In this document: one piece after another, positions 49,971 through 58,868 of the stretch
Position numbering within the stretch: the first letter of the stretch is position 1
Layout: each line of letters begins with the position of its first letter
IMG/VR virus record: IMGVR_UViG_3300011890_000001
Location: 205,066-269,065 of that record
Length of the DNA: 64,000 nucleotides
Direction: 5' to 3' (one strand)
Source: a virus
Taxonomy: Duplodnaviria > Caudoviricetes
Position numbers and translations under genes: made by a program
The notes under the pieces: model-generated
What the model saw: the letters and a program-made list of their open reading frames with translations, nothing else
Told to the model about the DNA's origin: nothing
The model's database searches: none

Positions 49971-51923
49971 ATGTCGAACGTCAATCGCGGCAACAACAAC
50001 ACCGGCTCCATCGGCGACCAGATCTCCCAGAGCTTCGGTACCACCTTCAACAACACCACCGGCGCCCAGACTGCCGAAGGTAACGAGCGCGCCGGCCGTG
50101 GCGATCGCAGCCGCGTCAGCGACCGCGGTGGCTCCAACGTGCTGATGCGCCTGGCCACCGGCCAGAACCGTACCCGCCCGCAGGCTGACCTGGAAGCCTT
50201 CCGTCAGCGCCTGGAAGAGTCCATCGGCCGCGGCTTCGCCAAAAGCGCCGTAGTGTCCAATGCTTCGGATGTCAAGGTGATCCTGCTGGATCGCGGCAAC
50301 ACCAAGTACAAGCTGGACCTGATCGCCGCCATCCTGCCGGTGTCCGCCGACGGCAAGGACCACATGGTGGTCCACACCCTGCTGGTCGCCGACGCCTCGG
50401 ATCGCTACGACAACGCCACCTGGTCTGTTGCCGGCGAGCGCTTCGAGTACACCCGCGTGGTGGGCGATGCCTACAGCGAAGAACTGACCGGCCGCCTGGA
50501 AGCCCGCATCGCCGCCATCAGCGGCAACACCAAGGCCGTCTTCGTTGACGCCGGCCACCAGTCGATCCCGGGTGGTGTCGATCTGAAGAACGAAGCCATG
50601 GTCGACAAGCTGGCGTTCTTCGTCACCGAAGCCCTGACCCGTACCGCCAAGGCGCAGGTCCTGGACGAAGTCGACGACATCATCACCCTCGGCCTGCTGA
50701 AGCAGGTGGGTACCCCGACCCTGGACATGACCTTCAGCGGCACCCCGCTGGAAAACGTCCTGGAACTGCCGGTTCGCGCCGACATCGTCACCACCCTGCG
50801 CTACATCGAGGGTAACGGCGACCGCAACGACAACCAGCAGAACCGCGCCTTCGAAGACGGCACGGACATGTCGATGGGCCTGGTGGGTGCCTACGTGGAC
50901 CTGTCGTTCGAAGCACCGGAATCGGCCGGCTTCGGTCATCAGCAGCGCACCCAGCACTACTGGGCGCACTACGTGATCACCAAGTTCGACACCGATCAGC
51001 AGTTCGTGACTCCCGAGTCGCTGATGCTGAACCTGGTCACCGCCGTCTACGGTACCCGTGACATGAACTGGGCCCGTGGTTGGTCCCAGCGCTATCGCGG
51101 CATGGGCCCGGTGTCCCACGACATCGGTGCAATCGGCTGGGAACTGCCGGGCGTTGACGGCAAGCCGGGCGTGGCGATCGATACCAGCTCCTCGAACTTC
51201 GACGACAAGGCCCTGGCCCAGCTGGTGCACGCCACCATCCGTCCGGAAATCCAGGTCGAAATCGACATCGAAGAGTCGGGCGAGCTGTCCTGGATCCACC
51301 GCACCCTGCTGGCTGAAGCTCAGGGCGACATCTCGGCCCGCAACATGCTGGTCGACGTGTTCGACAACCTGACCGATGGCGAGTTCTCGAAGATCTACTC
51401 CGGCGGCCCGTTCGCCCGCGACACCGAAAACCGAATCCACCTGGGTTACTACACCCACGAAAATTCGGACAAGCCGCGTGACATCCGCGACCTGGACTAC
51501 CTGGCAATCCTGGGTAGCTACGGCGAGGACGATCCGGAACTGGTGGTGCGCTGGCAGGAAACCTTCGACGGCACCCTGGGTGCTGAAGAGCGTCTGGCCA
51601 ACCGCGAGGAAATCATCCGCGCCCTGCTGGGCCCGACCGTCAAGATCACCGGCTATGCACGCCGCGTGCGCCTGATGCCGGATGCCCTGAGCGACGTCCT
51701 GGAAGCCTTCGAGCGTGCCGGTCTGCGCATCAAGCCGGCCGACATCCGTCACGACTTCGGTCGTGCTTCGGCTCGCGGTGCTGGCTCGCGTCTGAGCGAC
51801 ACCGGTTTCTCCGGTGGCAACCGCGTCGTGTTCTCGGGTGGCTCCGGCCAGGGTTCGGACCGTCGCACCGGTCGTACCTACACCGGCCTGAGCAACAGCT
51901 GGCGTGGTCGCGGCGGCCGTTAA
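49971..51923 (+). CDS. chmA: Chimallin, major phage nuclear shell protein (phiKZ gp54-like)
   Basis: 650 aa, extreme codon bias, disordered N- and C-termini, PVRADI, NRIHLGYY, RDIRDLDYL, TGYARR motifs; directly upstream of nvRNAP beta'-N. Confidence 0.88.
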   Translation: MSNVNRGNNNTGSIGDQISQSFGTTFNNTTGAQTAEGNERAGRGDRSRVSDRGGSNVLMRLATGQNRTRPQADLEAFRQRLEESIGRGFAKSAVVSNASDVKVILLDRGNTKYKLDLIAAILPVSADGKDHMVVHTLLVADASDRYDNATWSVAGERFEYTRVVGDAYSEELTGRLEARIAAISGNTKAVFVDAGHQSIPGGVDLKNEAMVDKLAFFVTEALTRTAKAQVLDEVDDIITLGLLKQVGTPTLDMTFSGTPLENVLELPVRADIVTTLRYIEGNGDRNDNQQNRAFEDGTDMSMGLVGAYVDLSFEAPESAGFGHQQRTQHYWAHYVITKFDTDQQFVTPESLMLNLVTAVYGTRDMNWARGWSQRYRGMGPVSHDIGAIGWELPGVDGKPGVAIDTSSSNFDDKALAQLVHATIRPEIQVEIDIEESGELSWIHRTLLAEAQGDISARNMLVDVFDNLTDGEFSKIYSGGPFARDTENRIHLGYYTHENSDKPRDIRDLDYLAILGSYGEDDPELVVRWQETFDGTLGAEERLANREEIIRALLGPTVKITGYARRVRLMPDALSDVLEAFERAGLRIKPADIRHDFGRASARGAGSRLSDTGFSGGNRVVFSGGSGQGSDRRTGRTYTGLSNSWRGRGGR

Positions 51924-51959
51924 TCGGCAGTCGCAGTGAAGCAATGACCGAAAGGTCAC

Positions 51960-51994
51960 GGAAAGGACGCCCTTCGGGGCGTCCTTTCTTTTTT
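51960..51994 (+). terminator. Intrinsic terminator
   Basis: gaaaggacgccc-ttcg-gggcgtcctttc plus a T run. Confidence 0.9.
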
Positions 51995-52130
51995 GCCGTC
52001 GTACGGATTTTTATCTGACCATACGTCAAATTTGAAGTAGGTGAGTGGTAATATGTTCTATGCTCGTTGGGTAGTCAGGACAAGTAATAGACGCCACCTA
52101 ATCGAAATCACTGACTAAAGGAGTTTAAAG

Positions 52131-54414
52131 ATGTCCTCCGAAAACATCGGGATCGTTCCGCCGCGATTGCCCGAGGAAAGCCCCTTCCGTGTCGTGCGTC
52201 GACCCGGACCGAATCATCTCCGCAAATACGATGGTATTGCGATGCGTCTGGTCGACTTCGATCGACTGTTCGAAACATCGCCCATCACTCCCGCCATTGC
52301 AAACCACTTTGACGTTTCCCAGGAAAGCGAACGAAAGATCCTGGATAGTCTGATCTATACCCACTTTGAAGGCGATAGCCTGAACTCGGTTCCCGAGTGC
52401 CAGTGCGGGTTCACTCGCGGTGCTGGTAAGGCGTACTCGATTTGTTCACGCTGTCATTGTCAGGTGGTGCCTGTCAGCGAAAACAAGCTGGTCCCGTTGC
52501 TTTGGTTGGCACCCCCGGAAGGTGTGGATGTCTTCATCCATCCTCAAATGTGGTCGATGCTCTCCAAGGCACTCACTCACGGTAACGTGAACGGCCTCCA
52601 GTGGATGACCGACCCGAATATGGTGGTCAGTCGGGAACCCCACGCCAACATTCGTACTATCCAGTCCATCCTCCATGAACTGGGTGTGCCGCGAGGGATC
52701 AATCACTTCCACAAGCGTTTCGATGAAATCGTTGAGCATCTGTTCAACAACAATGTCGTATCGGCAAACACGAAGCAGCAGAAAGAAGACCTCTACCAGT
52801 TTATCCAGTTTAACCGTTCTAAGATCTTCTGTCACTATCTCCCGATGCCGTCCCGTACGGCATTCGTGACTGAGCGTTCGGCCACTGGTTCGTTTGCCGA
52901 CATGACGATCCGACCGGCAATTGATGCGGTGCGTACGATCAGTTCAACGATCAATCCCCTGGTGCCCTACAACGAGAAGAAACTCCAATCGTTGTCGGTG
53001 CAGGCTAACCGCTTGATGGCCCAGTACCATCAGGACTTCATGAGTAAGACCCTGACGGGCAAGTCTGGTTTCTTGCGTCATCGTACGTTCGGTTCGCCAC
53101 TGCGTTTCACTTTCCGTGCAGTGATCTCAGCACTGGCCCACGCCCATAACCCCAATGAAATCCACATTCCGTGGGGCGTTGCGGTATCGACGTACCAGTA
53201 CCACATCCAGGCCCATCTGTCACGTATGACCAACCCGGACACGGGGAGGCCGTACTCGGTCAATGAAATGATCGGCCTGTTGCGTGCCCACACCCATGTC
53301 TACCATCCGGTGATTGCTGAGATCTTCCAAAAGATGATCGACGAGTCGCCGTACATGGGTTTGCCGATGTTGCTCAACCGTAACCCGACGCTGGATCGCG
53401 GTTCCATCCAGCGTTTCTATATCACCAAGATCTTCGACGATCCCAGCATCAATGCAATTGCAATGTCGGTGCTGTGCTTAGTTGCGCCAAACGCGGATTG
53501 AATAATCATCCAAGGTATTTGACTTTGGATGATTAAGTCCCGTCTACCGGTAACGGTAGACTGAAATCTCTCTAATTGCTGGAAACCCCTTAGAGCCTCA
53601 CTACCACTGCGAGACGAAAGTCAAAGCCAAGGTTTGAAAAGTGTGAGGATTGGGCAATCAGCAGCGAAGCTCCCTGTCTGGGAGAACGTTCAACGACTAT
53701 GGCAGGCATGCCAGTACGCTCAAGCGGGCGGAAATGGGAGACCCCTAATTAAAGGGTGAAGATATAGTCTGGCCTGTAGGGAAATCCTACAGCTGCGCGT
53801 AATGGCGCGGATACCTCAGTAGCGCGAGGTATTGACCAAAGCGTTCGACGGTAGTACTGCCGTCATTAAAACCTCTCTAATTGCTGGAAACTCTCGAAGG
53901 GTCACTAACCACAACGTGGACCGCAAGGTCGAGCGTGACGGTTTGAAAATAGTGACTTATGAGACAATCAGCAGCGAAGCTCCCCATGTGGGAGAACGTT
54001 CAACGACTAGCCGAAAGGCGTAGGCGATCAAGTGATTGCCGAAACGGGAGGTCCTTCGCATAGAAGGAAAGATATAGTCTCATCTGCACGGTGACGTGCA
54101 GACACCAGAGGCTGGAACCAATGGTGGTCGGCCTAACGAGCCGATAGATATACAGGCTAGACGATGTAGAGTTGTTGAATAGAACCTAAATAGGATTCCA
54201 GTCCTGGTTCGAAATAAATCACCTGTATGTCGATAAGATAATGGACGCACTCAACGGCGCACCACTGCTCGATCACAAGTTGGCACGTGGTTTCGAATGT
54301 CTGGCCCCTTACATGGGGTTGAGCGATCTTGAAAAGCCCAGGAGCTTCTCGGGTAATCAGAAGTTCCCTGTGCAGGTAGCAGCAGCAGTCGCTAACTGGC
54401 TCAGGCACGGGTAA
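52131..54414 (+). CDS. Non-virion RNA polymerase beta'-N subunit (phiKZ gp55/gp56.1-like), spliced: join(52131..53498, 53844..53852, 54244..54414), 515 aa
   Basis: Exon 1 has a zinc-binding CQCG..CSRC, RAVI and NRNPTL and ends PNAD. Exon 2 (TTCGACGGT) encodes FDG. Exon 3 reads DALNGAPLLD...LAPY...ANWLRHG*. Joining restores NADFDGD in frame. Confidence 0.92.
53499..53843 (+). mobile_element. Group I intron 1 (IA2-like, ORF-less, 345 nt)
   Basis: 5' exon ends in U pairing with IGS GUCCCGU; P AAUUGCUGGAAA, Q AAUCAGCAG, R GUUCAACGACUA, S AAGAUAUAGUCU; P7.1/P7.2 hairpins; terminal G at 53843. Confidence 0.92.
53853..54243 (+). mobile_element. Group I intron 2 (IA2-like, ORF-less, 391 nt)
   Basis: P1 GACGGU/GCCGUC with a U.G wobble at the splice site; same P/Q/R/S elements; extended P9 region; terminal G at 54243. 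Confidence 0.92.
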
Positions 54415-54420
54415 AAGGTC

Positions 54421-54447
54421 AGAGGCTCACCTTCGGGTGAGCCTCTA
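54421..54447 (+). terminator. Terminator after exon 3
   Basis: agaggctcacc-ttcg-ggtgagcctct, 7 nt after the exon 3 stop, supporting exon 3 as the true gene end. Confidence 0.8.
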
Positions 54448-54566
54448 TGCCCACAACCCAATAGTTTTGGAGAACGTACTATAGTTACGAATGGAAAACC
54501 AAAGGAGTTAGTCTCCGTTGATTTTTACTCCTGCGGCTAACCATATGTGACCAGAGGAATCTTGTA

Positions 54567-55199
54567 ATGGCAAAAATAATCGATGGGTCGATGCATGAGT
54601 TTCGCATCATGACCTACGGGAGACCTAGCGAGAGAACGATGAGTTTTCTTCGCGATCAATATGAGTCACCCACATCGTCGTTGGCCCGTGCATCTGATGC
54701 GTTTCGCAAGCGCGTCTCTGATATGTACGAATCTAACTACGGTGAAGAAGCCTTGGCCAAGATTGACCGCGTTCGTCGACAGCTGGGCTCGATCTGGAAT
54801 TTGGATGAAGTGCGCGAACTGCGCACGGCTGAAGAGTTCCAGTGCGCAGGCCCAACCCTGCGTCGTTACCTGATGGGCAACCCGACCTTGCGTCGCCTGC
54901 ATCGCCAGGGACGTATCGAAGGTTATGGGTCGCTCTACCAGGATCCGGATCCATACTCGGAAGGCAGGAACCATTATACTTGGCGTCAGGTGATGTCGGG
55001 TATGGTGGAAGTCAACGAAGATCCGAACGCCGAGTACGAGTGGACCGCCACCACCTACTACGACGAACTGCTGGAAGGTGATGTTGAGTTGACTCATGTC
55101 CAGCAAGAAATCATCCGCGACAACTGGGAACGTCAGGAAGCCATGCTGCTCTTTGGGCAGGATGACTTGACCTCCCCCAGTAACAATCGCTGGGGCTGA
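54567..55199 (+). CDS. Conserved chimallivirus protein (possibly gp59/Imp3-like by position)
   Basis: GAGG RBS; RYLM.NP..R......I.GY...Y.D, D.TS motifs. Confidence 0.55.
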   Translation: MAKIIDGSMHEFRIMTYGRPSERTMSFLRDQYESPTSSLARASDAFRKRVSDMYESNYGEEALAKIDRVRRQLGSIWNLDEVRELRTAEEFQCAGPTLRRYLMGNPTLRRLHRQGRIEGYGSLYQDPDPYSEGRNHYTWRQVMSGMVEVNEDPNAEYEWTATTYYDELLEGDVELTHVQQEIIRDNWERQEAMLLFGQDDLTSPSNNRWG

Positions 55200-55207
55200 T
55201 CATATAG

Positions 55208-55228
55208 CCGGGCCCTTCGGGGCCCGGC
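55208..55228 (+). terminator. Stem-loop
   Basis: gccgggccc-ttc-ggggcccggc. Confidence 0.7.
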
Positions 55229-55267
55229 AATCGTGTCTACTTTTCTTTTCCCAAGGAGCGCCTTTTA

Positions 55268-55684
55268 ATGAGCACCCCTGTCGTTCCTAGCCTGGGCCTT
55301 GGCGGGTTTATCCGCGATGTTCCGGCAGCAGCAGATAAGATCTTCTCTTATTATCTGACCACCGATAAGTCCCAATCGAACCTCTTCAGAGGCTCAGTGT
55401 TTTCGCTACAATCCCAAATCCAAGCATATCAAAACGACCCTACCCAACTCGTCGCCCGCGTGCGTGACGAGTTACGTGACCTTATGCTGACGGTATCGGA
55501 TCAAGTCAACGTTGAAGTCACTACCCAGTACCCGGCGCCTCATGACCCCAATCGACTGAATCTGACGGTGCGTGTGGACATCGGCGTCGGCGGAAAGATT
55601 GAATCCTTGGGTCGAATCATCGAAACCCACAACGGCCAAGTCAAGCAAATCATGGACTACGCCAATAACGGCGTGGTCTCTTAA
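55268..55684 (+). CDS. Conserved hypothetical protein
   Basis: AAGGAG RBS; VPSL...G, SQSNLF.G...SL motifs. Confidence 0.6.
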   Translation: MSTPVVPSLGLGGFIRDVPAAADKIFSYYLTTDKSQSNLFRGSVFSLQSQIQAYQNDPTQLVARVRDELRDLMLTVSDQVNVEVTTQYPAPHDPNRLNLTVRVDIGVGGKIESLGRIIETHNGQVKQIMDYANNGVVS

Positions 55685-55698
55685 CCGGAGAATCGAAA

Positions 55699-56244
55699 AT
55701 GTCCCAGCCGAGTCCGACCGCCCAGCTGAACGCCGTGCTGCAAGAAATGCGCCGCACGATCCATACGCAGACCCAGACCATCCTGCAGACGCGTTCCGAA
55801 CTCATCCAGGCACAGCAGCAGATTGCTGAACTGTTCCACATCCTGGAAGAACACGGGATTCATCACCATCACCACGCACGGCCCACCGGCCCACAAACTG
55901 TGGTGAATTTTGAAGTCGCCAACACCCTGGACGGTTTTAAAACCGCGTTCATCGCCCACGACGTGCTCCAAAAGGTAATCTACGGCGTTGAGTCGGAAGC
56001 ACCGGTGGCGGTGTTGGAGATCAATCCGGACGGCTCGCTCCGTACTGAACTGGTCGAGTTGAAGGACCCCGAGCACTACCAGAATCTGCTGGACCGTTTC
56101 AGCGATGCATTTGCTGAGCATACGCGCGAATTGGAAGTGGCTGAAGGTACGGTCTTCTACGTTCGCGCACGGGCGTACACCATCAGCCAGGAACCGATCA
56201 GCCAAGATTCGGTGCGCGTAGAGGTAGCTCCAAATGAGCACTGA
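55699..56244 (+). CDS. Hypothetical protein with N-terminal coiled coil and His run
   Basis: GGAG RBS, 181 aa. Confidence 0.6.
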   Translation: MSQPSPTAQLNAVLQEMRRTIHTQTQTILQTRSELIQAQQQIAELFHILEEHGIHHHHHARPTGPQTVVNFEVANTLDGFKTAFIAHDVLQKVIYGVESEAPVAVLEINPDGSLRTELVELKDPEHYQNLLDRFSDAFAEHTRELEVAEGTVFYVRARAYTISQEPISQDSVRVEVAPNEH

Positions 56245-56830
56245 TCCCAAACCCCTACCGCCGGTTCAGGTGCGTAAGGAATACTCGGACGCCGCCAATA
56301 TTTTGTCCCAGCTGGACAAGACCGATATCCCGAGTGTCCCAGAATCTTACTTCAAGACTAAGATTCTTCCGATCCTGGCAGTCCCGGCACTACAGCCGAC
56401 CGACCTGACCTTCTGGGCTGATATCGCCGGTCATCCGATGCGAGCCATTCGCGTTGTTGACGACGTCACCGGCGAAGAACTGTTCGTGGCCCCCGCACTG
56501 ATGCGCACGCTGAACTCCCCAAACTCAGATGGCGTGTCGCTCAACGCAGTGATCCACGAGTCCAAACTCCGCATCGACAATCACCCGGCGGCCGGTGAGG
56601 CGTACTTGGCTCAGCAGTTGAGTAAAGTTCGACACGGCTCCACGTTGTATGACGTGGAATCTGCCAAAACCTGGAATGCCATTCGTGTCCGTTACGGTTA
56701 CGAAGCGCAATCGGTAGGCAGCGCCGGAAAGCTTGTCGGATCGCTCAACGGTTCTCCGTCTGGCGAGGTGAGTACCTCTAAGGCAACCAGCAGTATCAAT
56801 CTGAACGTAGACGACGATTCATTCTTTTAA
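56234..56830 (+). CDS. Conserved hypothetical protein
   Basis: GAGG RBS; PE..F....LP, W..IAG, W..I..RYG motifs. Confidence 0.6.
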   Translation: MSTDPKPLPPVQVRKEYSDAANILSQLDKTDIPSVPESYFKTKILPILAVPALQPTDLTFWADIAGHPMRAIRVVDDVTGEELFVAPALMRTLNSPNSDGVSLNAVIHESKLRIDNHPAAGEAYLAQQLSKVRHGSTLYDVESAKTWNAIRVRYGYEAQSVGSAGKLVGSLNGSPSGEVSTSKATSSINLNVDDDSFF

Positions 56831-56843
56831 GGTGTAAGTAGCA

Positions 56844-57959
56844 ATGAAGCCCGACTTGTATTTGGCATCCATTTCCGACGTTCATCTGGGGCACCCCAAA
56901 ACCCCGACGCAGCACATTACGTCGAATTTGGCTCGTGCCTTTCCGGACGGGCCGTCTACCCATGCTTTGGATATGATCGTTATCGGCGGCGATCTGTTCG
57001 ATCGCTTGTTGTCAGCCGACCAGCCTGAAGTTCTCCAGATTCTGGAATGGGCTGCCGGTATGGTGATGATGTGCGAGCGGGAGAAGATCCATCTGGTGAT
57101 GATGGAAGGTACCCCCTCGCACGACCGAAGTCAGTGTAAGATGTTCGACGTCTTTAAGACGATGGGCATTACGAAGAAGTACTTCCACTATATCACTGAC
57201 CTCTCGGTAGTGCGCTTCGATGACTTGGGGGTGGACATCTTGTTTGTCCCCGACGAATGGCGCCCAGAACCAGACGACACCTGGAAAGAAGTAGTTCAGC
57301 TGCTTCACGAACAAAACCTGACTCAGGTGGATTTTACCATCTTGCACGGTACGTTTGATTTCCAGTTGCCTGAACACATCAAAACGGCCAGACACACCCT
57401 GAGTCGGTATGAGGAAATTACGCGCCACTACATCTTTGGTGCCCACATCCACATTCCGTCCGTACGCGGTAAGCTCCGTGTCAATGGGTCGTTCGATCGT
57501 CTCTGTCACAACGAGGAACACGACAAGGGTCACTGGCGTGTGAAGTTCAGTCCCTCGGCAAAGACGGAGGAGCGTTTCATCGTCAATGAAAACGCCATGG
57601 TCTACAAAACCATCGACTGCTCCGGATTGGACGTCGAAGCAGCACTCGCTAAGGTGCGCGGCGAAGCCAGTGCGCTTCGTAGCGGTAGTCATCTACGCAT
57701 CAAGGCCAACACCGGCGAAGCGGTCCTGAGCAATTTGGACGTTCTTCGTAAGGAGTTCCCTGAGTTGCACTGGACTACCAAGGGTGTGGAGTTGGAGCAG
57801 GTTCAGAAGAATCTGCTGGTGGACATGCGTGGCGTGTATGAAAGCATCCAAATCACCCCGAGCAATATCGTCGAGTTGGTTTTGAACAAAATGAAGACCC
57901 AGGGCATCGATGACGTTGATGCGCAGCGCAGCGTTGGGTACCTGACGGAGTTTGTATAA
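56844..57959 (+). CDS. SbcD/Mre11-like metallophosphoesterase nuclease (gp65-like)
   Basis: SDVHLGH, GGDLFD, GTPSHD, HGTF, HIH motifs. Confidence 0.85.
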   Translation: MKPDLYLASISDVHLGHPKTPTQHITSNLARAFPDGPSTHALDMIVIGGDLFDRLLSADQPEVLQILEWAAGMVMMCEREKIHLVMMEGTPSHDRSQCKMFDVFKTMGITKKYFHYITDLSVVRFDDLGVDILFVPDEWRPEPDDTWKEVVQLLHEQNLTQVDFTILHGTFDFQLPEHIKTARHTLSRYEEITRHYIFGAHIHIPSVRGKLRVNGSFDRLCHNEEHDKGHWRVKFSPSAKTEERFIVNENAMVYKTIDCSGLDVEAALAKVRGEASALRSGSHLRIKANTGEAVLSNLDVLRKEFPELHWTTKGVELEQVQKNLLVDMRGVYESIQITPSNIVELVLNKMKTQGIDDVDAQRSVGYLTEFV

Positions 57960-58801
57960 TGGTTTCTTTGGCCAACCAGATCGTAGAGCGCGAAACAGGT
58001 CAATACCCATTGACCATTGGTACCTCACTGGCGCTGGAAGGCGCCATTGGTATCCACCCAGAGAACTCAGACCCCAACCCTGCCATCGGCAGCGTGAAGG
58101 CTGTTTGGGTAAATGTGCGAACGGTTATTCGTAATCTGATCAATGCGCTGCCCACCGAGCTCCGTGCTCGGTCGCTCCCCCAGGATCTCTGGGAAGTCGT
58201 TTACGAAGATCTGATGGTTATCCCCAACGTCGTCACCGACGCCACCGGCGGACGCGTGGGTGTTCATTTCTACTACACGACCCATCGCTCACTAAGGCAG
58301 CGGTATCCGGGCGCGCAGTTGAAGGAGCCGAAAACCGAACTCCAGTTCTTCCTGCAGAACTTGGAGAACAATACCCTTAAGCTGGTGCTGGAAAACAATC
58401 AGCATTTGCAGATCGGTGAGTTTGATGTGGAGTTGTCAGGCCGCTGGTCGGCTTCGTTGATCATGACGCATCAGCCTATCGACCTGCTCTCCCGTTACAA
58501 CTTCGAAAGTCTTCGCCTGCTGGAATCGCACACCGGTAAAGTGAAGGGTCCGGGCGACTGGAATACGAAGTTGCACAACGGTAAGGAGCTTGTGAACATT
58601 CCGTTCAACAAGCTTACCCTTCAGATCTTCGGTGATTCTGGCGGGACTTTTGTAGGCCTACGTAGCGCCATCAGGAAGGAAGTCATTGCGCTTGCTACCC
58701 GCTGGGGTTGGACGTCGGTCACCACTGTAGAAAAGGTAAGGACGGATCTCTCCAAGATTGCCAACGACAGCGTTCGTGGTGAAATCTTGAAGATTACGTA
58801 A
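57959..58801 (+). CDS. Conserved hypothetical protein (gp66-like)
   Basis: Coupled to the nuclease gene; IGTSLALE, TH..IDLL, LLESHTG motifs. Confidence 0.6.
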   Translation: MVSLANQIVERETGQYPLTIGTSLALEGAIGIHPENSDPNPAIGSVKAVWVNVRTVIRNLINALPTELRARSLPQDLWEVVYEDLMVIPNVVTDATGGRVGVHFYYTTHRSLRQRYPGAQLKEPKTELQFFLQNLENNTLKLVLENNQHLQIGEFDVELSGRWSASLIMTHQPIDLLSRYNFESLRLLESHTGKVKGPGDWNTKLHNGKELVNIPFNKLTLQIFGDSGGTFVGLRSAIRKEVIALATRWGWTSVTTVEKVRTDLSKIANDSVRGEILKIT

Positions 58802-58868
58802 AAAATGGCACACGTGCTTCATTCTTTGACCTTCTGCGTATCACACACTTTTCCTGGAAACACAGACC

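Noticed and set aside
52131-53501. nvRNAP beta'-N as a truncated pseudogene, stop readthrough or alternative genetic code
   Set aside because: The UGA is the first codon of a group I intron; splicing restores the frame, and other genes use standard stops.
53832-54023. 63-aa ORF as an intron-encoded homing endonuclease
   Set aside because: It runs through the ribozyme core and has no HNH, GIY-YIG or LAGLIDADG motif.
53560-54080. Direct repeats read as CRISPR or IS ends
   Set aside because: Only two copies, and they match group I P/Q/R/S elements; no spacers, cas genes or transposase.
54157-54408. 83-aa minus-strand ORF
   Set aside because: Antisense to exon 3 of the RNAP gene.
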